Positions 41,012 to 51,927 of a DNA stretch of 64,000 nt are shown piece by piece. Source of the DNA: Nitrospirales bacterium (GTDB taxonomy: Bacteria > Nitrospirota > Nitrospiria > Nitrospirales > UBA8639); NCBI GenBank assembly GCA_965203295.1, contig CBDBCZ010000019.1, forward strand, positions 2,208,001 to 2,272,000, written 5' to 3'. Every line of letters begins with the position of its first letter. Positions within the stretch are counted from its first letter, which is position 1. A program made the translations under genes and the position numbers. The notes beneath the pieces were generated by a model. The model did no database searches, was not told where the DNA came from, and was given only the letters and a program-made list of their open reading frames with translations.

Positions 41012-41992
41012 GTGACGCAGCGCGTATTGAGTGGAATGCAACCAAGTGGTCGGCTCCATTTAGGAAATTTTCTTGGAGCCTTGGAGAATTGGCGCACTCT
41101 CCAAGATCACCATGACTGTTTCTTTTTCGTTGCGGATTGGCATGCCCTCTCCACAAAATATGCTGATACCAGTCGCGTGAAAGAATTCTCCCAGGAATTA
41201 GTGATTGATTGGCTGTCTGCTGGCATCGATCCTGAAAAATCCACCGTGTTCATTCAGTCCCATGTACCGGAACATGCCGTCCTCCATCTTCTCTTGTCCA
41301 TGATGATTCCGATCCCCTGGTTGGAGCGAAATCCCACTTACAAAGAAAAGCAGGAACAATTAACAGATCGGGACCTCTCAACGTATGGATTCTTAGGCTA
41401 CCCTGTTCTTCAGGCTGCTGACATTCTTTTATACAAAGCCGACGCCGTTCCTGTTGGTAAAGACCAGCTCCCGCACCTGGAACTGACTCGTGAAATTGCG
41501 AGACGGTTCAATAGCTTGTATCACCCTGTCTTCCCCGAGCCTCAAGAGTTACTCACGGAGTTCCCAAAGGTCTTGGGAACTGATGGCCGGAAAATGAGCA
41601 AAAGCTATTGGAATACGATCAATCTCTCGGATTCCGAACCGGAAGTCCGGCAAAAGCTGAAAACGATGGTCACTGATCCGGCCAGAATCAGACGAAAAGA
41701 TCCAGGAAATCCAGAACTGTGTCCGGTCTTTGACCTACACAAGATGTTTTCATCCACGCCGACCATCGACCAAGTTAACCGGGAATGCCGAACAGCTGAA
41801 ATCGGCTGTATAGACTGCAAAAAGATCGTTGCTGATACGCTCGTGGAGCGCCTGACCCCAATATGGGAAACCCATCATACGTTAAAAGCTCACCCGAAAA
41901 AATTACAGGATGTCGTCGATCATGGATATCAGCATGCCGCGCGAATTGCCCGACAAACGCTTGATGAAGTCAAATCGGCTATGAAGATCTAA
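41012..41992 (+). CDS. trpS: Tryptophan-tRNA ligase
   Basis: PSGRLHLGN, YPVLQAADIL, VPVGKDQ and KMSKS motifs. Confidence 0.97.
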   Translation: MTQRVLSGMQPSGRLHLGNFLGALENWRTLQDHHDCFFFVADWHALSTKYADTSRVKEFSQELVIDWLSAGIDPEKSTVFIQSHVPEHAVLHLLLSMMIPIPWLERNPTYKEKQEQLTDRDLSTYGFLGYPVLQAADILLYKADAVPVGKDQLPHLELTREIARRFNSLYHPVFPEPQELLTEFPKVLGTDGRKMSKSYWNTINLSDSEPEVRQKLKTMVTDPARIRRKDPGNPELCPVFDLHKMFSSTPTIDQVNRECRTAEIGCIDCKKIVADTLVERLTPIWETHHTLKAHPKKLQDVVDHGYQHAARIARQTLDEVKSAMKI

Positions 41993-42062
41993 TGTCAACC
42001 ACAATTCGCCCGTCAATATTGTCGCGAACTCTTCCGAAGAAGTTTAGTGGCTCGGTGATTCC

Positions 42063-42092
42063 TTGACAAGGGCTTCGAGCCCTCAGTACCAT
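42063..42092 (+). promoter_or_regulatory. Putative gap operon promoter with a palindromic spacer
   Basis: TTGACA-18 nt-TACCAT; spacer contains AGGGCT-tcg-AGCCCT. Confidence 0.55.
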
Positions 42093-42122
42093 TCAGCCGC
42101 GTTCACACTTCTGAATTCTTAA

Positions 42123-43151
<1,029 letters not shown>

Positions 43152-43206
43152 AATCTGATCGTTCTCTGCACGACCATCTTGCCGGTATCTGAGGAAGGGA
43201 GTCCTC

Positions 43207-44400
43207 ATGAGAATTACCAAACAAACCATTGATCAAATCGATATAAGAGGAAAGCGGGTCATCATTCGCGTAGACTTTAACGTGCCCATAGATGACGCCC
43301 TTCAAATTACCGACGACTCCAGAATCAGAGCAGCACTCCCAACGATTAACCATGTGGTCGATGAAGGAGGCAGTGTCATCCTGTGCTCCCACCTCGGTCG
43401 TCCCAAGGGGGAACCACGGCCAGAGTGTAGTCTGGCACCTTTAGCCAAACGCCTAAAACGCCTGTTAGGGAAAGATGTGATTTTTGCAACCGATTGTATC
43501 GGCCCAATTGTCAAAAATTTGGTCAGTCAATTAAAGCCAGGTGATGTCCTGCTTCTGGAAAATCTTCGTTTCCACCCTGGAGAAGAGCAAAATGACGAGA
43601 CGTTTTCTGCTGAATTGGCTTCCCTCGGTGACATCTACATTAATGAGGCGTTTGGAACTGCCCATCGATCGCATGCCTCAACCGTGGGAATCACGAAATT
43701 CATGAAAGTCGCTGCAGTCGGGTATCTCATGAAACGGGAAGTGGAATACCTCGAGGGATCTGTCGAAAATCCTACCAGACCATTCGTCGCTATTTTGGGA
43801 GGAGCAAAAGTATCTGGGAAGATCGGGGTGATTGAAAATCTCGGGAAACGAGTGGATAAAGTCATCATTGGGGGCGGCATGGCATTTACGTTTATTAAGG
43901 CCATGGGTCTCGAGATCGGGCGTTCGTTGGTTGAGGATGACATGCTGGAATTCGCCCAAGGTGTTCAAGACCATGCCCTTTCCCGAGGCGTGAAATTCTA
44001 CCTTCCCGTTGATTGCGTTGTCGCAGCCAGCTTAGATCCTGGAGCTGAAACAAAAATTGTTCCTGTTCAAGAAATCCCAGATGGATGGTATGGTATGGAT
44101 ATTGGACCCGCGTCAGTCAGGCTGTTCGGGGAAGCGGTTCAAAATGCCAAGACAGTCCTCTGGAACGGACCGATGGGTGTATTTGAACGTGATGCGTTCT
44201 CCCGGGGAACATTTGCTATAGCCCACGCGGTCGCAAATGCATACGCCATGACCATTATTGGCGGAGGGGAGACTGCTCTCGCTGTGCACCGTGCTGGCGA
44301 ATCCGAAAGCATGTCATTTATTTCTACAGGTGGCGGTGCAGCCCTACAACTTCTGGAGGGAAAGGACATGCCAGGGCTAGCTGCCCTTCCCACCATCTAG
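43207..44400 (+). CDS. pgk: Phosphoglycerate kinase
   Basis: RVDFNVP, LENLRF, GGAKVS and STGGGA motifs. Confidence 0.98.
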   Translation: MRITKQTIDQIDIRGKRVIIRVDFNVPIDDALQITDDSRIRAALPTINHVVDEGGSVILCSHLGRPKGEPRPECSLAPLAKRLKRLLGKDVIFATDCIGPIVKNLVSQLKPGDVLLLENLRFHPGEEQNDETFSAELASLGDIYINEAFGTAHRSHASTVGITKFMKVAAVGYLMKREVEYLEGSVENPTRPFVAILGGAKVSGKIGVIENLGKRVDKVIIGGGMAFTFIKAMGLEIGRSLVEDDMLEFAQGVQDHALSRGVKFYLPVDCVVAASLDPGAETKIVPVQEIPDGWYGMDIGPASVRLFGEAVQNAKTVLWNGPMGVFERDAFSRGTFAIAHAVANAYAMTIIGGGETALAVHRAGESESMSFISTGGGAALQLLEGKDMPGLAALPTI

Positions 44401-44425
44401 ACATTTCTCTTCACATCCCTATCGC

Positions 44426-45205
44426 GTGTTAAGAGGCCTATCACCCTTGACAATTCCATTGGTCGTTGCAAACTGGAAAATGAACAAAACCGTTTCTGAC
44501 GCCACGGGTTTGGTTGAAAAATTTCTCGAAATTGCTCCACTGTCACTCCAAGTAGAAGTTGCCCTTGCCCCTCCCTTCGTAGCTCTCTACACAGTTGGGG
44601 CATTACTGGAGAACACACCCTACAAATTCGCTGCTCAAAATGTATTTTGGGAAAGTGAGGGGGCCTATACAGGCGAAATTTCGCCGCCTATGCTGAGAGA
44701 CCTTGGCTGCCACTACGTCATTCTTGGTCATTCCGAGCGACGTCAAATTTTCAGAGAAACCAACGGAGAGGTGAACAACAAGGTGGTATCCGTCCTCAAA
44801 CACAACCTCTTTCCTATTCTTTGTGTTGGAGAAACCCTAGGGGAACGAGAGAATAATCGGATAACCGCCGTTATCAAGGAACAGCTTTTGACCAGCCTTC
44901 GGGGTGTATCGGATCAGGAAATTCAAAACGTGACGATCGCATACGAACCAGTCTGGGCCATCGGTACCGGTCATGCGGCAAGTGTGGCGCAAGTGGAAGA
45001 GGTTCATCAATTTATCCGGAAGACGATTGACAGCCAGTGGGGCCAGCAACTCGACACGCGCATCTTATATGGGGGCAGTGTCTCTCCGACGAATGCGGGA
45101 GAGTTGTTTGGGTCTGATCAAGTGAATGGGGCGTTGGTCGGCAAGGCTTGCCTAGATCCAGAATCCTTTGCTAAACTTATTAACTTAGCATCTCCAAACA
45201 CTTAG
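44426..45205 (+). CDS. tpiA: Triosephosphate isomerase
   Basis: NWKMNK, GHSERR, AYEPVWAIGTG and YGGSV motifs. Confidence 0.96.
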   Translation: MLRGLSPLTIPLVVANWKMNKTVSDATGLVEKFLEIAPLSLQVEVALAPPFVALYTVGALLENTPYKFAAQNVFWESEGAYTGEISPPMLRDLGCHYVILGHSERRQIFRETNGEVNNKVVSVLKHNLFPILCVGETLGERENNRITAVIKEQLLTSLRGVSDQEIQNVTIAYEPVWAIGTGHAASVAQVEEVHQFIRKTIDSQWGQQLDTRILYGGSVSPTNAGELFGSDQVNGALVGKACLDPESFAKLINLASPNT

Positions 45206-45228
45206 TCACTCATTCTCATCACAAGACG

Positions 45229-45576
45229 ATGTATACGGTCACGGTTGTTCTACATTTGATTGTCTGCTTTCTCATGATTGCGGCAATCCTGCTTCAATCC
45301 GGCAAAGGGGCTGAAATTGGTGCTGCCTTTGGTGGATCAAGCCAAACGGTCTTTGGAAGTCGGGGGCCTGGAACATTTTTAAGCAAGGTCACGGTGGCAG
45401 CTGCCATTATCTTCATGCTCACATCACTCGGATTAGCCGTTCTTTCAAAAAGAGACATGGGTTCTTCGGTTATCGACTTACAAACACCAGCTGGTGAAGC
45501 TTCATCTCAAGACAAAACCTCTGAGTCCACTTCTTCCTCTGAACCAGCCCCAACGCCAGAACTAGCTACCCCATAA
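45229..45576 (+). CDS. secG: Preprotein translocase subunit SecG
   Basis: LLQSGKGAEIGAAFGG; follows tpiA. Confidence 0.95.
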   Translation: MYTVTVVLHLIVCFLMIAAILLQSGKGAEIGAAFGGSSQTVFGSRGPGTFLSKVTVAAAIIFMLTSLGLAVLSKRDMGSSVIDLQTPAGEASSQDKTSESTSSSEPAPTPELATP

Positions 45577-45708
45577 CCTCATCTGACATTCTGTTTTTAG
45601 GAATCACTTCTGCCCCATCACCGCATTTCAATGGCGCGTTGCTGGTGCCGAGGGAAAGAATCCCATTTGTTCGATAACGGGTGAAGGGAAGTAAAGAGAG
45701 GGAGGGGC

Positions 45709-46635
45709 TTAAACTGGTGTCAACCAGGAAGCATGCGAGGCATCTTTACCTTGCACGACATCAAAAAAAGTTTTTTGCAACACACTGGTCATGGGGCCAC
45801 GTTTCCCATCACCAATTTGGCGATTATCAATCTCTCTCACAGGAGTCAATTCTGCCGCCGTCCCGGTTAAAAATACTTCATCTGCCACATACATCGCATC
45901 ACGCGCGAAGCGTTCTTCGACCACGGTGATTTTTCTTTCCCGCGCTAACTCCATGACTGCATTTCTCGTGATTCCCTCAAGTATTGAGGTCAGTGGCGTG
46001 GTGAGCAGAACTCCTTTGCGGACAATAAACACATTTTCACCAGTGCCTTCTGCCACGTAGCCGTCAGGATCTAACAGAATGGATTCCTCATACCCGGCAC
46101 TTTTCGCTTCGCATTTCGCAAGAATGGAGTTGACATAATGTCCTGACACTTTGGCACGGGTCATTGAGACATTCACATGATGACGCGCAAAAGAGGAGAT
46201 TTTGGCGCGAATACCATGAGTCAGAGCTTCTTCTCCAAGGTATGTTCCCCAGGGCCAGGCCGCAATGGCGAGCCGAATGGGATTATTCCCAGGATACAAC
46301 CCCATTTCTCCATACCCGATGTAGGCTAATGGTCGGATATACCCAGACTCCAAACGATTCACCAGAACCGTCTCAACAATGGCATCAGCGACATCCTTCT
46401 TGCTGAAGGGAATCTTGAACATGGCAATATGGGCGGACTCAAACAATCGATCCACATGCTCTTGCAGCTTGAAAATGGCCGAATGAACTGACCCTTTGTA
46501 GCACCGAATTCCCTCAAACGCTGCTAATCCATAGTGAAGGGAATGCGTCAATACATGGACCGAAGCCTCATTCCAATCGACGAATTTGCCATCCATCCAA
46601 ATTTTTTCAGTAGGAGCTAGCATGTGAACCGCCAA
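45709..46635 (-). CDS. ilvE: Branched-chain amino acid aminotransferase
   Basis: LHYGLAAFEGIR, EGTGENVF, LEGITR and GTAAE motifs. Confidence 0.96.
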   Translation of the reverse strand: MAVHMLAPTEKIWMDGKFVDWNEASVHVLTHSLHYGLAAFEGIRCYKGSVHSAIFKLQEHVDRLFESAHIAMFKIPFSKKDVADAIVETVLVNRLESGYIRPLAYIGYGEMGLYPGNNPIRLAIAAWPWGTYLGEEALTHGIRAKISSFARHHVNVSMTRAKVSGHYVNSILAKCEAKSAGYEESILLDPDGYVAEGTGENVFIVRKGVLLTTPLTSILEGITRNAVMELARERKITVVEERFARDAMYVADEVFLTGTAAELTPVREIDNRQIGDGKRGPMTSVLQKTFFDVVQGKDASHASWLTPV

Positions 46636-46682
46636 ACCCTTCCATCTGGTTAGATAAGTTCTGAATGCCTGACTGTGTCCTA

Positions 46683-46776
46683 TTTATATCGAGGGGCTCG
46701 AATCCTGTCAATGACATCACTATTTTGGCTAGGATCAGTCCCTCGCTTGACACCTTTTCAGGCCGCATGATAGAAG
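46683..46776. promoter_or_regulatory. Divergent sigma70 promoters (ilvE / rplU)
   Basis: Minus strand TTGACA-17-TATAAA (46711-46683); plus strand TTGACA-18-TAGAAG (46747-46776). Confidence 0.6.
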
Positions 46777-46803
46777 TCTTTGAAAATAAGGAAGAAGAGA
46801 ACC

Positions 46804-47118
46804 ATGTATGCCATCGTTGAAACTGGAGGAAAGCAATATCGGGTTGAACCAGGAGCCACGCTCCAAGTCGAATCCCTACATGCAGAAGTCGGAGATGTCG
46901 TCGAGTTACGACCCGTACGATTTATCTCGGGAGAACAAGGTGCCAAGTTAGGTCAACCTGTTATTGATCAAGCTCACGTCAAAGCCACAGTCCTGAGAAA
47001 CGGACGAACTCGATCAATCACGATCTTTAAGAAAAAACGACGGAAGAATTACCGACGAACCAAAGGGCATCGTCAGGAGTTTTCGCATATTCGCATCGAT
47101 GAGATTGTTTCAGCCTAA
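46804..47118 (+). CDS. rplU: 50S ribosomal protein L21
   Basis: MYAIVETGGKQY...KGHRQ. Confidence 0.97.
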   Translation: MYAIVETGGKQYRVEPGATLQVESLHAEVGDVVELRPVRFISGEQGAKLGQPVIDQAHVKATVLRNGRTRSITIFKKKRRKNYRRTKGHRQEFSHIRIDEIVSA

Positions 47119-47137
47119 ATTTTAAACGGAGAAGGGT

Positions 47138-47392
47138 ATGGCGCATAAAAAAGGTGGTGGGTCTTCACGAAACGGTCGTGACAGCAATCCTCAATACTTA
47201 GGTGTCAAACGGTATGCTGGTGAACAGGTGAGCCCAGGGTGTATCATCGTTCGACAACGAGGGACGAAATTTCATCCTGGCTTGAATGTTGGGCTCGGGA
47301 AAGACCATACGCTGTTTAGCAAGATCCAGGGTGTGGTGAAATTTGAAGGAGACACCGTCCGTCGACGTGTGAGTGTGTATCCCCCCGCCTAG
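47138..47392 (+). CDS. rpmA: 50S ribosomal protein L27
   Basis: [16 protein letters not shown]. Confidence 0.98.
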   Translation: MAHKKGGGSSRNGRDSNPQYLGVKRYAGEQVSPGCIIVRQRGTKFHPGLNVGLGKDHTLFSKIQGVVKFEGDTVRRRVSVYPPA

Positions 47393-47482
47393 GTTCTTCA
47401 TTTTCTGTATCTTCCTACGCCCCTTCGACATATCATCTTTCTCTTTCCTAAGACTTCACTCGAGAGGAAAATCTTTTTCGCC

Positions 47483-48505
47483 ATGTTTATAGACCAGGCC
47501 AAGATCTTTGTGGCAGCCGGGAAAGGGGGAGACGGGGCCTCCAGTTTTCGCCGCGAAAAGTTTGTCCCCTTCGGAGGTCCTGATGGAGGAGACGGGGGAA
47601 ACGGGGGAAATGTCGTGATGACAGCATCCAGTCGAATCACGACTCTTCTGGATTTGAAATATCAACGGCATTATGAAGCCCAGGCAGGTCAGCCTGGACA
47701 AGGGTCGAACTGTCACGGTCGATCAGGTAGCCATACGGTGATTCACGTCCCAGCCGGTACACTCGTTCGGGACGAAAAAACCGACAGACTCCTGGCAGAT
47801 TTTACCCATAACGGACAGTCCACCATCATCGCCCATGGCGGTCGGGGGGGGAAAGGGAATGCGAGATTCGTCAGTAGCACGAACCGGGCTCCGAGACAGT
47901 ATGAGACAGGAACGCCGGGCGAAAGTCTGTACCTCAAACTTGAGCTTAAACTCCTGGCGGATGTGGGTTTAGTCGGCTTTCCCAACGCAGGAAAATCAAC
48001 CTTTATCTCTTCGGTTTCAGCTGCCCGTCCGGAAGTCGGCGCGTACCCCTTTACCACGCTCCGTCCCTATTTAGGCGTCGTGGCCCAGGAGGACTACAGC
48101 AGCTTTGTCATCGCAGATATTCCAGGCCTTATTCAGGGAGCGCACGAAGGAAAAGGGTTAGGCCTTCAATTCCTTCGCCACATCCAACGAACCGCTATCC
48201 TCTTGTATTTAATCGATGGATCAGAATGGGCAACTGAAGACCCGACGGTTAGTTTTAAAATCCTCCGACACGAATTAGCAGAGTTTGATCCGATCCTTCT
48301 ACAACGGCCATTTGCCATTGTAGGGACGAAATTTGATATTCAGGGGAATGGCAAGAATTTTCAAACATTACAGTCGTTTTGCGAGGAGGAACGTATTCCT
48401 TATTTCTCAGTCTCAGCTGTGACACGAAAGGGACTAGAACAACTTCTTCAATTTGTTGGACAACATGTTGAAAAAGGCCGATCGGCATGCGCGAGCAATG
48501 GTTAA
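47483..48505 (+). CDS. obgE: GTPase ObgE
   Basis: FRREKFVPFGGPDGGDGG, GFPNAGKS and DIPG motifs. Confidence 0.97.
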   Translation: MFIDQAKIFVAAGKGGDGASSFRREKFVPFGGPDGGDGGNGGNVVMTASSRITTLLDLKYQRHYEAQAGQPGQGSNCHGRSGSHTVIHVPAGTLVRDEKTDRLLADFTHNGQSTIIAHGGRGGKGNARFVSSTNRAPRQYETGTPGESLYLKLELKLLADVGLVGFPNAGKSTFISSVSAARPEVGAYPFTTLRPYLGVVAQEDYSSFVIADIPGLIQGAHEGKGLGLQFLRHIQRTAILLYLIDGSEWATEDPTVSFKILRHELAEFDPILLQRPFAIVGTKFDIQGNGKNFQTLQSFCEEERIPYFSVSAVTRKGLEQLLQFVGQHVEKGRSACASNG

Positions 48506-49608
48506 CCGAATCTAAACGAATTGTTGTCAAGATCGGAAGCAGTCTTGTCGCTTCTCGTCAAGAAGGGCTCAGAACAGCCCAAATCGATCGACTCGCGCAA
48601 GAACTTGCTATGCTCATGGGCCATGATCGAGAAATCGTGGTTGTCTCGTCTGGCGCGATTGTCGCGGGAATAGAAAAACTCGGGTTGTCTTCTTATCCCC
48701 AAACGCTCCCCTTAAAACAAGCCTGTGCCGCATCAGGGCAAAGTCAGCTTATCCATGCCTACGAACGTTCCTTCGAAGGCATTGGGAAGAAGGTGGCACA
48801 AGTTCTACTCACCCATCAGGATTTAGCTGACCGCAAACGTTTTTTAAACGCCAGACATACGTTAACCACATTAATTCAATACGATATCATTCCCATCATT
48901 AACGAGAATGACACGGTATCTGTAGAGGAAATACGTTTTGGAGATAATGATTCTTTGGCAGGACAAGTTGCCCACCTTGTCGATGCCGACCTGTTGGTGA
49001 TTCTTTCTGATGTTGACGGACTGTTTACCGAAGACCCTCGTCGGAACCTTGCAGCGACACTTATCCCTCTTTTGGAATCTATTAACGAGGACATTCTTGG
49101 CTGTGCAGGGGAATCTCGGACAGAGGAAAGCACTGGTGGAATGGTGACGAAGGTTCAGGCAGCCCAACATGCTGCCAAGTTCGGAGTACCGACTCTGATC
49201 ACGAACGGAGAAAATCCAGGGCTTCTTCCTTCCATCCTGACGGGCGATACACCCGGAACGGTGTTTTCTCCACAGAAAAAACCTCTTCCAAGTCGAAAAC
49301 ACTGGATCGCGTTTACCGTTCGTCCTAAAGGGCAGGTGTTCTTGGATGATGGCGCTGTACAGGCACTACGACACCGAGGGAAGAGTCTGCTTCCATCTGG
49401 CATCTTGGAGGTCAAAGGGAACTTTCTGCCAGGGGATCCGGTATCCTGTATAGACACAAACCTCAAGGAATTTGCAAAAGGCCTCGTGAATTATTCAGCC
49501 GAAACGCTTCAAAGGATCAAAGGGAAAAAATCTTCCAATAACCCGGCAGCCCTTGGAGGCCGAGAATATGAAGAAGTGATCCATCGAGACAACCTCGCGC
49601 TCTTGTAA
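48487..49608 (+). CDS. proB: Glutamate 5-kinase
   Basis: VVKIGSS, NENDTV, FGDND, TGGMVTK motifs; C-terminal PUA domain. Confidence 0.96.
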   Translation: MREQWLTESKRIVVKIGSSLVASRQEGLRTAQIDRLAQELAMLMGHDREIVVVSSGAIVAGIEKLGLSSYPQTLPLKQACAASGQSQLIHAYERSFEGIGKKVAQVLLTHQDLADRKRFLNARHTLTTLIQYDIIPIINENDTVSVEEIRFGDNDSLAGQVAHLVDADLLVILSDVDGLFTEDPRRNLAATLIPLLESINEDILGCAGESRTEESTGGMVTKVQAAQHAAKFGVPTLITNGENPGLLPSILTGDTPGTVFSPQKKPLPSRKHWIAFTVRPKGQVFLDDGAVQALRHRGKSLLPSGILEVKGNFLPGDPVSCIDTNLKEFAKGLVNYSAETLQRIKGKKSSNNPAALGGREYEEVIHRDNLALL

Positions 49609-49673
49609 ATGACCTTTTTCATGGACTACCGTTTCCAAATTCCACTTTTCTTCACTGTTTATTCCTAACACCC

Positions 49674-50348
49674 ATGCGTGTCGGTCTACTAGGAGGAACC
49701 TTTAACCCCATCCACACTTGTCATCTCGTCGTGGCTGAACAAACCCAGGAACGTCTCCTCCTGGATGAAGTCATGTTTATCCCAACAGGCGATCCTCCCC
49801 ATAAGCCGTCTCATTCGTTAGCCCCCTCCCACCATCGACTGACTATGGTCCAATTAGCCACAGCCGATTTTAAGAACTTTTCAGTTTCGGCAATCGAATC
49901 CTATTCGACCCAAAAATGCTACACGATCGATACCTTGAAGCAACTCCGCCAAGAGCATTCACCGGAAACCGAATTCTTTTTCATTATCGGCCTTGATGCA
50001 TTTTTGGAATTGCCTAGTTGGAAATATGCGACACAGGTCTTGACGCTGGCCAACTTTGTGGTGATTTCTAGGCCCAACACCCAGTTTAAGGACTTATCCT
50101 CTCTCTCCCTTTTACCACCCCTACCACACTCTTCCTTACAAGACTTAGATACAGGCGTTCTCTCTCGATCTGATACCACCACGTCAAAGATGACGAGTTT
50201 GATTCTGCTTGGTTTGCCGCCGTGTGAAATCTCTTCATCTGCAGTCAGGAACCGATTAATGCTGGGATTGCCCCTCCACGATTGGTTGCCCCCTTCTGTT
50301 GAATCCTATATAATTGAACACAAGCTTTATGACGTCCACACAGTATAA
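49674..50348 (+). CDS. nadD: Nicotinate-nucleotide adenylyltransferase
   Basis: GGTFNPIH, IIGLDAF and ISSSAVR motifs. Confidence 0.93.
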   Translation: MRVGLLGGTFNPIHTCHLVVAEQTQERLLLDEVMFIPTGDPPHKPSHSLAPSHHRLTMVQLATADFKNFSVSAIESYSTQKCYTIDTLKQLRQEHSPETEFFFIIGLDAFLELPSWKYATQVLTLANFVVISRPNTQFKDLSSLSLLPPLPHSSLQDLDTGVLSRSDTTTSKMTSLILLGLPPCEISSSAVRNRLMLGLPLHDWLPPSVESYIIEHKLYDVHTV

Positions 50349-50772
50349 CGATCTTTCCACCACCATCCATTCAAAAGCCCTGGTCATCGGTCGCACAGCC
50401 CTTGAGAAAAAAGCCACAGATGTGGTGATCCTGAAGGTAGGGTCGCTCACTCCTGTGGCCGATTTTTTTATCTTTTGTTCTGGAAATTCAGAACGCCAGG
50501 TCAGAGCCATTGCCGATGCGATTGATAGTGAAGTCTCGCGGTTATATTCCTCCAATGCGACCATTGAGGGAGAAACCTCGGCCACGTGGATTTTGATGGA
50601 CTATGGCGATATTGTGGTCCATATCTTTCAGGAAGAAATTCGGTCCTATTATGGAATTGAAAACATGTGGAGAGATGCAGAACAAATCCCAGTTTCCGAG
50701 TTTGAACCATCTCTTCCATCTAGCCTACCGAGACCCACACAGCCTTTATGTATGAAGGTCGTTCACCACTAA
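50314..50772 (+). CDS. rsfS: Ribosome silencing factor
   Basis: EKKA.D, SERQVRAIAD, WILMDYGDIVVHIF and YGIENMW motifs; start uncertain. Confidence 0.93.
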   Translation: MNTSFMTSTQYNDLSTTIHSKALVIGRTALEKKATDVVILKVGSLTPVADFFIFCSGNSERQVRAIADAIDSEVSRLYSSNATIEGETSATWILMDYGDIVVHIFQEEIRSYYGIENMWRDAEQIPVSEFEPSLPSSLPRPTQPLCMKVVHH

Positions 50773-50916
50773 CGTCCGTGGTATCACCAACCCTGTTGTG
50801 ATGTTGTTGGAAAGATATGTCTTCTCATGTGGGCGTGAGAGCGAACAATCATTCTTTTTCTTCGCTCACCTTCGATAAGGTGGAACTTTTACCTCCGATC
50901 CTTCAGGAGAATTTCT

Positions 50917-51915
50917 ATGATGAACAAACACGAGCTTGCCGATAAGGTCTTAGGTGGAGAATCCATTCAACGTTCGGAGTGTTTAGACATTCTTCAAACA
51001 CCGAAGGAGCAATTACTTGACCTTCTCAGCGCAGCCTACCGAATACGCCACAAGTACTTTGGCCAAAAGGTCACACTCCAAATGTTACTCAACGCCAAAA
51101 GTGGAGCCTGTCAAGAAGATTGTCATTACTGCTCACAGTCATCAATCTCTTCGGCTCCTATTGAGCGATACAGTTTAGTATCAGCAGACGAGATGGTTGA
51201 GAATGCACGGAAAGCCGCAAAGGCTAAGGCACAAAGATATTGCATCGTTATCAGTGGCCGAGGGCCTCTTGACCGGGAAATCTCTGAAATCTCGACAGCC
51301 GTTCAACACATCAAGGAAGAACTTCCTCTTCAAGTGTGCTGTTCCCTTGGATTATTAACGGATCAGCAAGCCCGACAATTAAAAGAGGCGGGGGTTGACC
51401 GGATTAACCATAACCTTAACACGAGCGAAGCGTATCACTCTTCTATTTGCACCACCCATACCTTTCATGATCGATTGAACACGCTCAAAGTCGCCAGAGC
51501 CGCTGGGCTGGAATTGTGTTCAGGAGGGATCATTGGAATGGGGGAAAAGGATGAAGATCTTGTGGACTTGGCCTTTGCCTTACGAGAAGTCAACCCAGAC
51601 TCGATTCCTCTCAATATGCTCCATCCGGCCCTTGATACCCCCCTTGAAGACTGTCATGACCTTACGCCTTCTCGGTGCCTGACCGTGCTCAGTATGTTCC
51701 GGTTTGTCCACCCTCAACGAGAATTACGGGTGGCGGGAGGTCGGGAGTTTAACCTTGGTTCTCTTCAGGCCTTGTCTCTCTATGTCGCAGACTCTCTTTT
51801 TGTCGGGGGATACCTCACAACACCAGGCCAAGCCCCACCAGATGTTTGGAATATGATTGAAGAGATGGGCTTTGAAGTGGAAGTCGGACAGACCCCATCC
51901 TTGGCCAATTCATAA
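50917..51915 (+). CDS. bioB: Biotin synthase
   Basis: CQEDCHYCSQS, NHNLNTSE, CSGGIIGMGE and GYLTTPG motifs. Confidence 0.95.
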   Translation: MMNKHELADKVLGGESIQRSECLDILQTPKEQLLDLLSAAYRIRHKYFGQKVTLQMLLNAKSGACQEDCHYCSQSSISSAPIERYSLVSADEMVENARKAAKAKAQRYCIVISGRGPLDREISEISTAVQHIKEELPLQVCCSLGLLTDQQARQLKEAGVDRINHNLNTSEAYHSSICTTHTFHDRLNTLKVARAAGLELCSGGIIGMGEKDEDLVDLAFALREVNPDSIPLNMLHPALDTPLEDCHDLTPSRCLTVLSMFRFVHPQRELRVAGGREFNLGSLQALSLYVADSLFVGGYLTTPGQAPPDVWNMIEEMGFEVEVGQTPSLANS

Positions 51916-51927
51916 GAGCCCATTTTT

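Noticed and set aside
45643..45664. CCCTCGGCACCA (minus strand) resembling a tRNA-Leu 3' end or att site near secG
   Set aside because: No T-loop or remainder of a cloverleaf; the match is too short and there is no integrase nearby.
50772..50916. BirA operator or biotin regulatory element upstream of bioB
   Set aside because: Only short hairpins are present; no TGTAAAC...GTTTACA-type palindrome.
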